The position numbers and the translations under genes were made by a program. Positions 48,314-58,337 of a stretch of DNA of 64,000 nt are shown piece after piece; position 1 is the stretch's first letter; every line of letters begins with the position of its first letter. The stretch is from an uncultured Leptospiraceae bacterium (lineage in GTDB: Bacteria > Spirochaetota > Leptospiria > Leptospirales > Leptospiraceae). Where the stretch lies: positions 6,044-70,043 of the forward strand of contig CAYTEA010000018.1 in assembly GCA_964436695.1 (NCBI GenBank), written 5' to 3'. The notes under the pieces are model-generated. The model saw nothing but the letters and a program-made list of their open reading frames with translations, was not told the origin of the DNA and searched no databases.

Positions 48314-48805
48314 TTGCTATCTTCTTTAGACCTTAAGGTAAAAGAAATCGTGCAAAAATGCGTCTCGTATCCTCTTGAGGTGTTTGACTTAAAAATTCAG
48401 TCCGGGTCAAATCACTCACTCATTGAAATTGTCCTCGATAATCTGAAACATCCTACAGGATCTGTGACAATAAGTGAATGCGAAAAAATATCGCGCTGTG
48501 TTTCAAGTGAATTGGAGCAATTTGGAGAAGATTTTAATTTTACTCTTCAAGTTGGTTCGGCTGGAGCAGAAAGGGCGATTCGTTTGCCTTCTGAATTGAA
48601 TAGATTTCAAGGACAGGCAGCAAGGCTGTTTTATTATGCAGAGGACGATAAATTGAAAGATGGCGTTTTTATTATCGAAGGGATAGAAAACGAGTTTGTA
48701 ATTTTGAAAAAAGTGAAAAGAGACAAAAATAAGAAGAAAGAAGACGGTTTATTGAAAATCGAAATTTCTAAAATTAAAAAAGGAAACTTAGCTCTAAATA
48801 TATAG
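48314..48805 (+). CDS. rimP: ribosome maturation factor RimP
   Basis: Position immediately upstream of nusA, and RimP-like sequence (EVFDLKI...IEIVLD...LQVGSAGAERAIR). Start uncertain: the track TTG is at 48245, and the in-frame TTG at 48314 follows an AGGTGGAGG RBS. Confidence 0.75.
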   Translation: MLSSLDLKVKEIVQKCVSYPLEVFDLKIQSGSNHSLIEIVLDNLKHPTGSVTISECEKISRCVSSELEQFGEDFNFTLQVGSAGAERAIRLPSELNRFQGQAARLFYYAEDDKLKDGVFIIEGIENEFVILKKVKRDKNKKKEDGLLKIEISKIKKGNLALNI

Positions 48806-48807
48806 AT

Positions 48808-50151
48808 ATGGCAGCAAGAAATACACATACTGACGGAAATTTATTCGAGGCGATCCAGCAGTTTTCAGCCGACAAGGGGTTGTCCAGAGAATCTGTTATG
48901 AACGTTATAAAAGATTCTTTAGTCGCAGCCTACAGAAAAAAACTGGGGCTTGATCTGGCAGAAGATTCAAATATTTCAGTAGAGTTTCTTTCGGATTCAA
49001 ATGAAGTCATAATCCTGATTAACAAGAAAGTGGTAGAAAATCCTTCCAATCCTCTTGAAATCTCACTTGAAGACGCAAGAAAAATTGAATCCTCGGCGGA
49101 TTATGGCAGCGAAATTACCCAAAAGGAAAAGCCGATAGATTTTTCCAGGATTATCTCCAGTCAGGCGCGCCAGATGGTTTTCCAGAAATTGAAGGAAATG
49201 GAAAGGGAAATTTTATATAATGAATACAAGGCAAAAGAGGGCGAGCTTACCCACGGTTATTTCCAGAGGTGGAAAAACAAAGATGTAATGAGTATCGATC
49301 TGGGCAAGGTCGAGGGCATCATGCCCAAAAAAGAGCAAAATCCCGGTGAAAAGTACCGCACTGGCGATAGAATGAAGGCTATTATTTCTAAAGTCGAACT
49401 CAAGAGAGAAAAGTCAAAAGAGCCTGGGCCTTTTATTACACTTTCCAGGGCATCGGCGGATTTTGTAAAAAAATTATTCGAAATGGAAATTCCGGAAATC
49501 TATGATGGATTGGTTACTATTGTAGATATTGCGAGAATTCCTTCGATTCGAACCAAGATTGTAGTTGCGGCATCCAGAAATGATATTGATCCGGTAGGAG
49601 CTTGCGTTGGAATGAAAGGTGTCAGGATTCAATCCATAGTTCGTGAACTCGGAAATGAAAGAATTGATATAGTTCAATATTCTGATGACCCTGTTGATTT
49701 TATTACGAATGCGATTTCACCAGCAAAACCCATGGAAGTCAGGGTGGACGATGAGGGGCGTGAGGCATTAGTAATAGTGCCAGATGATTCCCTTTCGCTA
49801 GCTATCGGCACGAGCGGTTCCAATGTAAAACTTGCTTCCCAGTTAACCCAATACAAAATTGATATTAAGTCAATTTCGCAATTTAACGAAGATATGACTT
49901 CTCCGGAGGCAAGAGAGAAGCTGGACAAGCTATTCAGCTCGGAACCGAAAGAAGCCAGAGGGACGTCTTTGGAAGATATTCCCGGATTAACACCGCGGGT
50001 AATCAATTTATTGATTCATGGTGGAGTTAAGGATGTAGAGACACTTATTGAGATGGATACGGAGGCCCTTGCCAAAATTCCTGGAATCGGCCAGACAACA
50101 GCAGAGCATATTTTGCGATTATTATCTGAATCTGTTGAGTGGGTCGAGTAA
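48808..50151 (+). CDS. nusA: transcription termination/antitermination factor NusA
   Basis: S1 domain and two KH domains (GACVGMKGVRIQSIVRELGNERIDIV; LAIGTSGSNVKLASQLT), with a C-terminal HhH region. Confidence 0.95.
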   Translation: MAARNTHTDGNLFEAIQQFSADKGLSRESVMNVIKDSLVAAYRKKLGLDLAEDSNISVEFLSDSNEVIILINKKVVENPSNPLEISLEDARKIESSADYGSEITQKEKPIDFSRIISSQARQMVFQKLKEMEREILYNEYKAKEGELTHGYFQRWKNKDVMSIDLGKVEGIMPKKEQNPGEKYRTGDRMKAIISKVELKREKSKEPGPFITLSRASADFVKKLFEMEIPEIYDGLVTIVDIARIPSIRTKIVVAASRNDIDPVGACVGMKGVRIQSIVRELGNERIDIVQYSDDPVDFITNAISPAKPMEVRVDDEGREALVIVPDDSLSLAIGTSGSNVKLASQLTQYKIDIKSISQFNEDMTSPEAREKLDKLFSSEPKEARGTSLEDIPGLTPRVINLLIHGGVKDVETLIEMDTEALAKIPGIGQTTAEHILRLLSESVEWVE

Positions 50152-50175
50152 CTTCGGAAAAGTTCATAGGAGAAT

Positions 50176-52827
50176 ATGGAAAAAAGCACTGACAAATCTT
50201 CAATACGGCAAATTCTGCAGGGGGTTGGCGATCCATCTAAAAAGAAAATCGTTATTAAAAAAAAACAGGCCTCTGCTGTTCCAACATCATCTGCCCAAAG
50301 TCCTTCTAAAAAGAAAAACCTTGACGATCTTGTTAAAGAGGAGAGTCAAAAACAATCCCAGATCAGCCCGGATGTCAAGGGAGTTGCCGAAGAACATCGC
50401 TCTAATGAACCGTCAAAACACGAAATTGAAAAGCCGGTCAAAGAAACTTCTCATGTTGAGCAGCATTCAAAGTTAGCTTATCCTGTCAGGCGTGAGGATA
50501 AAAATCCCATCATATCACGCCCAACGAAACCATCACAAAGTGGTTTCCAGAAAGAAAACAGAGGCCCAAGGCAATTTGGGGGTGGGGGGCATTCCGGTGG
50601 AGGAAATTACCAGAGACCTCAGCAATCCGGTGGACAGTCTCAAGGTGGCAATTTTCAGAGACCTTATGGAAGTGGACAATCCCAAGGGGGCGGTAATTAT
50701 CAAAGGCCTTATGGTGGCGGACAATCCCAAGGTGGAGGGAATTATCAAAGATCACCTGGCGGGGGGCAGTCGTACCAGCAAAGGCAGGGTGGCACCGGTG
50801 GCTCTCCTGGAAACAAGGGGAGAGGAAATTTCGCTCCTTCAGGTGGAGCAGGCTATAGGGGAAAAAGCGGCCCGGGTGCCGGGAAATCGGAATTTGGCGG
50901 ATCAGATTCAAAAGTAGACATTGTCCCTGAAGGGCAATCCACTAGCAGAAAGCGCACAGTTTCTCATCAATCAGAGAAATCCAGAGAGAAAAATGAGAAA
51001 GGCCTAAAGGAAAACATTAAATTCTTCAAGCAGGCATACAAAAAGCAAAACTTGCCGCCTGTTTCAGGCACTACTGTTCCTAAAGAAATATCCATTATGG
51101 AAAATATCCAGGTGGGTGAATTAGCCAAGAAAATGAACTTGAAGCCGGGCGATGTTATCGCGAAGCTCATGAAGCTAGGAATGATGGTTACTATCAATAA
51201 TGTAATCGATAGCGATACTGCTATACTCCTTGCAGATGAATACGATTGTAAGGTAAAAATTGTCTCTTTATATGAAGAAACAGTGGTGCCGGAAGATATT
51301 GACGATCCGGCAGATTATATTATTCGTCCTCCGGTAGTTACGATAATGGGGCATGTCGATCATGGAAAAACAAAGTTACTGGACACCATTAGGAAAACCT
51401 CTGTAATTGATACTGAATCTGGTGGGATTACCCAGCATATTGGCGCTTATCAGGTGAAGATTCCCCGCGGTACAATTTCGTTCTTGGATACACCAGGCCA
51501 CGAAGCATTCACATCGATGAGAGCCAGAGGCGCATCGATAACTGATATTGTTGTATTGGTAGTTGCTGCCGATGATGGGGTAAAACCGCAGACGATAGAA
51601 GCGGTTAATCATGCTAAGGCGGCTAACGTCCCTATTATTGTTGCCATCAACAAAGTAGATCTGCCTGCAGCGAATCCGGAAAAAGTTATGCAGGAACTTG
51701 CGAATCTTGGGCTTCAATCCGAAGAATGGGGTGGTTCCACGATTACCTGCAAGGTTTCTGCCAGAGAAAATACCGGTATCGATAAACTTTTGGAAATGAT
51801 TTTGATTCAGGCCGAAGTCCTTGAACTGAAAGCAAATCCGAAAAGACGTGCAAAAGGCACAGTCATTGAAGCAAAGCTCGATCCGGGCAGAGGAGCAGTT
51901 GCCACTGTACTAATTCAGAATGGAACCCTAAGAATCGGATATCCATTCGTCGCAGGAGTTTATTCAGGTAGAGTGAGAGCCATGTATGATGATCATGGGC
52001 ATTTGATAGAAGAAGCTCCTCCTTCCTTTCCAGTATTAGTAACCGGTTTAGAGGGAGTGCCTGAAGCCGGAGATCCATTCGATGTGCTGGGGGATGAGAA
52101 GGAAGCGAGAAATATTTCTCAACATAGATTGGAATACCAACGAATTGGCCAGGCGGGAAGCGCAGTCAAAGTTACTCTGGATAATATGAATGAGATTATT
52201 CAGCAGGGCGGATTAAAGGAATTAAAGATTATTATAAAAGCGGACGTTAGAGGTTCTGCGGAGGCTATTAAAGAAGCGTTGGAAAAGCTGACTACGACCG
52301 ATGTAAAACTAAATGTGATTCACGCTGGAACCGGAGCAATAATAGATACGGACGTTATGCTTGCTTCAGCATCCAACGCAATCATTGTAGGCTTTCATGT
52401 TAGGGCAAATCCAAGAACACTTGCTCTAGCAGAAAAAGAAAAAGTACAGATCAAGTATTACAGTATTATTTATGATGTTGTAAATGAGATCAAAGCCGCA
52501 ATGGAAGGGTTGTTAGAGCCGGATAAAATCGAAACTATAATCGGATCTCTGGAAATACGGGATAGTTTCAAAATCTCCAAAGTCGGAAATATCGCGGGTT
52601 GCATGGTTAAATCAGGTAAGATTACTAAGTCTTCTTTAGTTAGAATTATTCACGATGGTGTGATAGTGTTCGATGGAAAACTGAAATCTTTAAAGCGGGT
52701 AAAAGATGATGTGTCCGAAGTATTGACTGGTTTTGAGTGCGGTGTACTTTTTGATGGATACAATGATTTTGCTGTAGGTGATGAAATCGAAGTGTATGAG
52801 ATTTCCACAATTGCCCGAAAGTTGTGA
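50176..52827 (+). CDS. infB: translation initiation factor IF-2
   Basis: [16 protein letters not shown] and NKVD G-domain motifs, with a long low-complexity N-terminal region. Confidence 0.95.
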   Translation: MEKSTDKSSIRQILQGVGDPSKKKIVIKKKQASAVPTSSAQSPSKKKNLDDLVKEESQKQSQISPDVKGVAEEHRSNEPSKHEIEKPVKETSHVEQHSKLAYPVRREDKNPIISRPTKPSQSGFQKENRGPRQFGGGGHSGGGNYQRPQQSGGQSQGGNFQRPYGSGQSQGGGNYQRPYGGGQSQGGGNYQRSPGGGQSYQQRQGGTGGSPGNKGRGNFAPSGGAGYRGKSGPGAGKSEFGGSDSKVDIVPEGQSTSRKRTVSHQSEKSREKNEKGLKENIKFFKQAYKKQNLPPVSGTTVPKEISIMENIQVGELAKKMNLKPGDVIAKLMKLGMMVTINNVIDSDTAILLADEYDCKVKIVSLYEETVVPEDIDDPADYIIRPPVVTIMGHVDHGKTKLLDTIRKTSVIDTESGGITQHIGAYQVKIPRGTISFLDTPGHEAFTSMRARGASITDIVVLVVAADDGVKPQTIEAVNHAKAANVPIIVAINKVDLPAANPEKVMQELANLGLQSEEWGGSTITCKVSARENTGIDKLLEMILIQAEVLELKANPKRRAKGTVIEAKLDPGRGAVATVLIQNGTLRIGYPFVAGVYSGRVRAMYDDHGHLIEEAPPSFPVLVTGLEGVPEAGDPFDVLGDEKEARNISQHRLEYQRIGQAGSAVKVTLDNMNEIIQQGGLKELKIIIKADVRGSAEAIKEALEKLTTTDVKLNVIHAGTGAIIDTDVMLASASNAIIVGFHVRANPRTLALAEKEKVQIKYYSIIYDVVNEIKAAMEGLLEPDKIETIIGSLEIRDSFKISKVGNIAGCMVKSGKITKSSLVRIIHDGVIVFDGKLKSLKRVKDDVSEVLTGFECGVLFDGYNDFAVGDEIEVYEISTIARKL
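50596..50775 (+). repeat. in-frame tandem repeat (about 15 aa, 4 copies) inside infB: GGNYQRP(Q/Y)(Q/G)xG(G)QSQG
   Basis: [15 protein letters not shown] / [15 protein letters not shown] / [15 protein letters not shown] / [15 protein letters not shown] at aa 141-200, inside a Gly-rich tract spanning aa 134-242. Confidence 0.8.
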
Positions 52828-52835
52828 ACGCCTAA

Positions 52836-53198
52836 TTGAATTCTAACAGAAAAGTAAAAATCGAATCCGAGATAGTAAAAGAAATTTCAAAGCTATTGGT
52901 TTCCGGTAAGGTGAAAGACCCAAGAATCGGCCTGGTTACAGTTCACCGTGCAAGTTTAAGCGATGATATGACTCATGCAAAAGTGTGGGTTACATCGTAT
53001 GTGCCAGATGATGAAATCAACGGTTTTATGAAAGGTCTAAAAAGTGCAAGCGGCTATATCCAGTCTGTTGTTGGAAAAGAGCTTGGGCTTCGAGTGACAC
53101 CCAGACTAAATTTCGTCTGGGATGATGCATACATCAAAGGATTTCAAGTAAATCAGCTCATCGACGAATTAGGTAAAAAGAATTTGAATGAATCTTGA
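52836..53198 (+). CDS. rbfA: ribosome-binding factor A
   Basis: KDPRIGLVTV..V.LS.D...AKVWV and LRVTPRLNFVWD. Sits in the conserved position after infB. TTG start. Confidence 0.9.
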   Translation: MNSNRKVKIESEIVKEISKLLVSGKVKDPRIGLVTVHRASLSDDMTHAKVWVTSYVPDDEINGFMKGLKSASGYIQSVVGKELGLRVTPRLNFVWDDAYIKGFQVNQLIDELGKKNLNES

Positions 53199-54093
53199 AT
53201 CCGGTTTTATTTTGGTTCACAAACCAAAGGATATTACCTCTTCCAGTGCTGTACTAAAAACAAAAAAACTCATTCATAAGAAAAAAATCGGCCATACGGG
53301 TACTCTCGACAAATTTGCCGAGGGGCTTCTGATTCTTCCTTTTGGTTTTTGCACATCTTTCTCTTCGCTTTTTCTGGAAATGGAAAAAACTTATACCTCT
53401 GAAATCAAGTTTGGTATGGCAACTGATTCAGGGGATATCGATGGAGTCATCGTAGAAGAATGGGATGCAAGAAGGACCTCAGAGTTTTTCCAGAGAAATC
53501 TAGAGAAGATCACTGAAAAAATAAAAGAAATTCAAACCACAACCAGTCAAGTTCCCCCCAAGGTATCAGCTTTAAAAATCAAAGGCGTCAGGCAGGCGGA
53601 GCTATTCCGCAGGGGAATCGAATTTGAATCAACTTCAAGAAATATTTTTATCCGAGATTTCAGCTTTGCAAATCTTTCCGATGAAGGATTTCTTATGTCA
53701 TTGACTGTAAGCTCTGGGACTTATATCAGGAAACTTATCCTTGACCTTTATGAAAATACGGGCTTGCCCATGCACATTACACGATTGATCCGAACTAAAA
53801 TTGGGGGTACTGAGCTGGCTGACTCATCCACAATTGAAGCAATGGAAAACGGCGAATTTTCTGTGAAACAACTGGAAGAAATTTTGGAAATCCCGTCCAT
53901 CCAAATCGGCAGAAAGGAGGAACTCTCTGTTTCTCACGGGGGCTATATTCGATTGCCGGGGAATCTTGAGTCCAGATATGGATTTTTATTAAAGAACGAG
54001 GACAAAAAAATTATCGCTTGGTGCAGTATGAGCGGGAAGAAAGAACACTTGCCGTATAAATATAACAAGGTATTTGCGGATTCGACATTTTAA
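53188..54093 (+). CDS. truB: tRNA pseudouridine(55) synthase
   Basis: [24 protein letters not shown] (catalytic Asp), [11 protein letters not shown]. Confidence 0.9.
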   Translation: MNLESGFILVHKPKDITSSSAVLKTKKLIHKKKIGHTGTLDKFAEGLLILPFGFCTSFSSLFLEMEKTYTSEIKFGMATDSGDIDGVIVEEWDARRTSEFFQRNLEKITEKIKEIQTTTSQVPPKVSALKIKGVRQAELFRRGIEFESTSRNIFIRDFSFANLSDEGFLMSLTVSSGTYIRKLILDLYENTGLPMHITRLIRTKIGGTELADSSTIEAMENGEFSVKQLEEILEIPSIQIGRKEELSVSHGGYIRLPGNLESRYGFLLKNEDKKIIAWCSMSGKKEHLPYKYNKVFADSTF

Positions 54094-54196
54094 TCGGAGC
54101 GTGACCAGGTCAACCTTTTTCTATTTTGCAAAAAAAATAGATTTTCCAAGAATTGGGGGGTTTAAAATATGGTCTTTAGGGAAAAATAATAAAAAA

Positions 54197-54463
54197 ATGA
54201 TCACGAAAGAAAAGAAACAAGTTCTAGTGCAAGACAATAAAAGACACGATAAAGACACTGGCTCTCCGGAAGTTCAGATCGCTATAATTGACAGCCGAAT
54301 CAAAGAATTGAATGAGCACTTTACTAAACATAAAAAAGATCATCTTTCCAAAAGAGGTCTCTTGAAGCTTGTAAGCCAAAGAAAAAAAATGCTGGAATAT
54401 CTAAAAACCAAGGATGTGGAAAGATATAGAAGTCTGGTCAAAAAATTAGGCATTCGTAAGTAA
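54197..54463 (+). CDS. rpsO: 30S ribosomal protein S15
   Basis: The ATG at 54197 gives an 88-aa protein with [10 protein letters not shown]...LNEHF..HKKDH.S.RGLL. The upstream part of the track ORF (from 54074) overlaps truB and is not S15-like. Confidence 0.9.
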   Translation: MITKEKKQVLVQDNKRHDKDTGSPEVQIAIIDSRIKELNEHFTKHKKDHLSKRGLLKLVSQRKKMLEYLKTKDVERYRSLVKKLGIRK

Positions 54464-54476
54464 CGGTTATACTGAT

Positions 54477-56567
54477 ATGGGACACATTCATTCCCTGAAT
54501 ATTGGCAGGGACCATGTAAGTATTGAAACCGGAAATTGGGCAAAACAAGCAAACGGAAGCGTAGTTTACAGGACGGGCAATCTAGTTCTGCTGGCTACTG
54601 TTTGCGCGACAACAGACGCAAAAGAAGGGCAGGATTTTTTCCCACTTACCTGTGAATATATTGAGAAACTTTACTCGGTCGGAAGAATACCGGGCGGGTA
54701 TATCAAAAGAGAGTCAAAGCCGTCAGAACATGAGATTCTGATTTCCAGAATTATCGACAGGCCGATTCGGCCGATGTTTCCGGATGGGTATTTATGTGAA
54801 GTTCAGCTTTTAGTTCAGGTACTATCCGCTGATAAGAGTGTATCTGTAGCCGGACATGCATTGAATGCAGCGAGCGCAGCTCTTTCAGTTTCCAATATTC
54901 CATTTCATGGCCCATTAGGTGGTGTTAGGGTCGGAAAAATTAACGGCGAACTTGTAATCAACCCCACAAACGAAGAGATTCAGAATTCAGAACTGGACAT
55001 GATTGTTGCAGGAACGGCTGATTCGATCGCGATGATAGAGGGTGAGGCTAGTGAATTATCCAATGCGGATTTGATTCAGGCTTTGGAATTTGCCCACAAA
55101 TACATTAAAGAATATGTAGGCTTTCAAACCGATTTTATTAAACCTTTAAATGTTCAGAAAAGTGATGTAAAGCTGAAACAAAAAGATGAGGCTTTAATCA
55201 AAGCAGTGAGGAGTTTTGCTTTTGAAAAGCTCTCACTTGCGAATAAGAATAAAGATAAATTAAAAAGATCCGCAGAAATCAATCAAATCAATCAAGACAC
55301 TCTGGAGCACTTTAAAAATGAATCCGAGTTTTCCGAAAAATTAAAAGATATCAAAAATCTCCTACACGAGTTTGAATCCGAAATTGTGCGCGACTTGATT
55401 TTTCATGAAAGTGTGAGAGCGGATGGAAGGGCATTGAATGAAATTCGGCAGATTACTTGCGATATAAACGTATTGCCAGGTCCTCATGGGTCCGCAGTAT
55501 TCACTAGAGGTCAGACTCAATCGCTCGGAATTGTCACGCTTGGAACTATTTCCAGCAATCAAAGATATGAAAACTTGGAAGGCCAGAAAGAAAAGAATTT
55601 CATGTTGCATTATAATTTTCCAGCTTTTTCGGTCGGTGAGGTCAAAAGAATGGCCGGCCCGGGAAGAAGAGAAATCGGACACGGAAATCTTGCTGAGAGG
55701 GCCTTGAGAAAAGTTCTGCCATCGTTTACGGATTTTCCTTACGTGATTCGAATTGTTTCTGAAATTTTGGAATCCAACGGTTCAAGTTCTATGGCATCGG
55801 TTTGCAGCGGGTCACTAGCGTTGATGGCGGGTGGTGTTCCAGTTAAAGCCCCTGTTGCCGGTGTAGCAATGGGTATCATAACTTCACCTGATGGAAAATT
55901 TGCAATTCTGAGCGATATTGCCGGCCTGGAAGATCACTTTGGGGATATGGACTTTAAACTTGCCGGAACTGCGAAGGGCATTACAGCATTTCAAATGGAC
56001 TTAAAAGTTCGAGGCCTTGGGCTGGATGTGCTTGCTAAGGTTATCGCTCAGGCAGAAGAAGGCCGAAATCATATCTTGGGTGAAATGAGTAAAGTCATAT
56101 CTTCTGTTGCAAAAGATCTATCCAAAACTGCGCCTAGAATAACTGTGAGGATGATTCCTAAAGATAGAATAGGGGAACTCATCGGGCCTGGCGGCAAAAA
56201 CATTCGTGCCATTATTGAGCAAACAAAAGCGGATATCAATATTGAAGATGATGGAAAAGTTACTATTTCCAGTACGGATTATGATTCATCACAGAAAGCC
56301 ATCGAAATTATCGAAGGAATGTTTGCAGATATTGAAATTGGAAAAATTTATGAAGGCACCGTAAAGAAGATTATGGATTTTGGGGCATTCGTAGAAATTT
56401 TGCCAGGAAAAGAAGGGCTCTGCCATATTTCAAAATTGGATTCTAAAAGAGTGAATTCGGTTAGAGATATTGTTAAGGAAGGCGATAAGATCCGCGTAAA
56501 GGTGCTTGGAATGGATCGGCAAGGAAAAATCGACCTGTCCAAAAAAGACGCCGATCTTTCGTCTTAG
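54477..56567 (+). CDS. pnp: polyribonucleotide nucleotidyltransferase (PNPase)
   Basis: Two RNase PH domains ([15 protein letters not shown]) followed by C-terminal KH ([11 protein letters not shown]) and S1 ([15 protein letters not shown]) domains. Confidence 0.95.
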   Translation: MGHIHSLNIGRDHVSIETGNWAKQANGSVVYRTGNLVLLATVCATTDAKEGQDFFPLTCEYIEKLYSVGRIPGGYIKRESKPSEHEILISRIIDRPIRPMFPDGYLCEVQLLVQVLSADKSVSVAGHALNAASAALSVSNIPFHGPLGGVRVGKINGELVINPTNEEIQNSELDMIVAGTADSIAMIEGEASELSNADLIQALEFAHKYIKEYVGFQTDFIKPLNVQKSDVKLKQKDEALIKAVRSFAFEKLSLANKNKDKLKRSAEINQINQDTLEHFKNESEFSEKLKDIKNLLHEFESEIVRDLIFHESVRADGRALNEIRQITCDINVLPGPHGSAVFTRGQTQSLGIVTLGTISSNQRYENLEGQKEKNFMLHYNFPAFSVGEVKRMAGPGRREIGHGNLAERALRKVLPSFTDFPYVIRIVSEILESNGSSSMASVCSGSLALMAGGVPVKAPVAGVAMGIITSPDGKFAILSDIAGLEDHFGDMDFKLAGTAKGITAFQMDLKVRGLGLDVLAKVIAQAEEGRNHILGEMSKVISSVAKDLSKTAPRITVRMIPKDRIGELIGPGGKNIRAIIEQTKADINIEDDGKVTISSTDYDSSQKAIEIIEGMFADIEIGKIYEGTVKKIMDFGAFVEILPGKEGLCHISKLDSKRVNSVRDIVKEGDKIRVKVLGMDRQGKIDLSKKDADLSS

Positions 56568-57846
56568 GATTAATCCCATAGAAGAATTCAACAAGTTAGT
56601 CCTATCTAATGATTTAACATTAGTATATCAACCGATGCCTCATGCAGTTAGTGTTTCTATCGGCCTTTGGCTTAGAAAAGGTTCCCGGCATGAATCTGAT
56701 GATGAAAGGGGTTACACTCATTTTCTCGAGCACATGCTTTTCAAGGGAACCGAGAAAAGAACCGCAAAAGAGCAGGCTTGCGATATCGAACGAGTCGGTG
56801 GGTTTTTAAACGCAGTTACAACCAGAGAATACACTTATTTTTATGTGACTTTGATCAAAGACAAGGTTGAATTGGGAATGGAATTTTTGAGTGATATGAT
56901 ATTCCATCCCCTTTTGAATGAAGTCGATATACAGAATGAATCACAGGTAATTCTGGAAGAAATCAAGAGTTATGAAGACTCTCCCGACGAATTTGTTTAC
57001 GATTTTTTTTATAGAAATATTTTTGCGGATTCCACTTTGGGGTTGGACATTACGGGAACGAAACAATCCGTTCAATCGGTCACATCGGAAAAATTAAGAA
57101 AGTTTTACAAAAAAAATTATCACCCGGGAAATATGATACTATCTGTATCAGGTGATTTTTCGTTTTCTGAGATAGGTGATTTATCCAGAAAATACTTTGA
57201 AAAATACCCAAATTCCAAGACAGAGGAATTTCTGTATCCGCGAGTAAACAAAGTGTTCGATATTTTTATCAAGCAAAGAAAAGAAGTCGAGCAGATAAAT
57301 TTTATTATCGGCGCAGAAGGCTTTGCGCGTGAAATTGATACATTTATTAAGCACTCACTCTTTTCTACTATATTCGGTGGGGGAATGTCCTCTAGGCTGT
57401 TTCAGAAAATCCGTGAAGATCACGGGCTTTGTTATAGTATTAGCGCGTATTCCGGGGCTTATAAGGATACCGGAATATCAAGCATTAGTTGCGCAACATC
57501 ACCAGAAAAATTTTTGAAATGTATTGAATACATTCAGGAAGAGATCCGGAGTGTTGTGAAAAATGGGGTTACTCCAAAAGAGCTGGAGGATGCAAAATCG
57601 AACCAGGTCGGCTCCTTGGCCATCGGCTTTGAAGTGCCCGAACACAGAATGGTTAGTATTGCATTGCAAGAGTTATACTTTTCCAGGTTTTTTAGTTTTC
57701 AAGAAAGAACCCAAAAAATAGATTCAGTCAAACTGGACGAAGTAAACGATTTGGTGAAAAAAATTTTTTCAGTTGAGAAGCTTCATTTATCACTAATAGG
57801 AAATTTGGAAACTTCAATCAGTAAAAAGATTTCAGTTAATTTATGA
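56506..57846 (+). CDS. M16-family (insulinase/pitrilysin-like) zinc peptidase
   Basis: Inverted zinc motif HFLEH with downstream E ([16 protein letters not shown]). Start uncertain: the ATG at 56506 overlaps pnp by 62 nt. Confidence 0.8.
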   Translation: MEWIGKEKSTCPKKTPIFRLRINPIEEFNKLVLSNDLTLVYQPMPHAVSVSIGLWLRKGSRHESDDERGYTHFLEHMLFKGTEKRTAKEQACDIERVGGFLNAVTTREYTYFYVTLIKDKVELGMEFLSDMIFHPLLNEVDIQNESQVILEEIKSYEDSPDEFVYDFFYRNIFADSTLGLDITGTKQSVQSVTSEKLRKFYKKNYHPGNMILSVSGDFSFSEIGDLSRKYFEKYPNSKTEEFLYPRVNKVFDIFIKQRKEVEQINFIIGAEGFAREIDTFIKHSLFSTIFGGGMSSRLFQKIREDHGLCYSISAYSGAYKDTGISSISCATSPEKFLKCIEYIQEEIRSVVKNGVTPKELEDAKSNQVGSLAIGFEVPEHRMVSIALQELYFSRFFSFQERTQKIDSVKLDEVNDLVKKIFSVEKLHLSLIGNLETSISKKISVNL

Positions 57847-58295
57847 ACGACATTATCCATGTTAAAATTAAAAAACTTCATGAAGATTCCATTATTCCGG
57901 AGAGGCAGACTGAATTTTCTGCCGGATATGACCTCCATGCCTATTGCAAAAATTCTCCGGTTCTAATCAAAAAAGGAGCGGTCGAATTGGTTCCTACCGG
58001 GGTTTCGTTTGAAATTCCGGCTGGATTTGATATTGAAATCAGGCCTCGGTCTGGGATTTCTACAAAATTTCGCGTTCTCCTTCCAAATTCTCCCGGGACG
58101 ATCGACTCGGATTACAGGGGGGAAATATTTGTGCCAATGCTCAATCTGGGAGAAGAGGAATTTGTGATTCAGCACGGGATGAGGATCGCCCAAGCAATTA
58201 TCCGCAAGACTCACTCTATTGCTTGGGATGTTGTCTCAGATCTGGACTTATCAACCGGCCGAGGAGTCGGTGGATTTGGTTCCACTGGAACTTGA
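57843..58295 (+). CDS. dut: dUTP diphosphatase
   Basis: SAGYDL, RPRSG, PGTIDSDYRGE, RIAQ, GGFGSTG. ATGA overlap with the upstream gene. Confidence 0.95.
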   Translation: MNDIIHVKIKKLHEDSIIPERQTEFSAGYDLHAYCKNSPVLIKKGAVELVPTGVSFEIPAGFDIEIRPRSGISTKFRVLLPNSPGTIDSDYRGEIFVPMLNLGEEEFVIQHGMRIAQAIIRKTHSIAWDVVSDLDLSTGRGVGGFGSTGT

Positions 58296-58337
58296 AATTT
58301 TCCTACTTTTTCGGCGCATTCTTTCGATAATATCTTC

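Noticed and set aside
50492-50917. Alternative-frame (plus strand, 141 aa) and antisense (133 aa and 71 aa) ORFs across the infB Gly-rich repeat
   Set aside because: These are artefacts of the GC-richer, stop-poor tandem repeat inside IF-2. The IF-2 frame is continuous into the G-domain.
54074-54196. N-terminal extension of the rpsO ORF (129 aa in the track)
   Set aside because: It overlaps the truB 3' end and is not S15-like. The ATG at 54197 gives the canonical S15 of about 88 aa.
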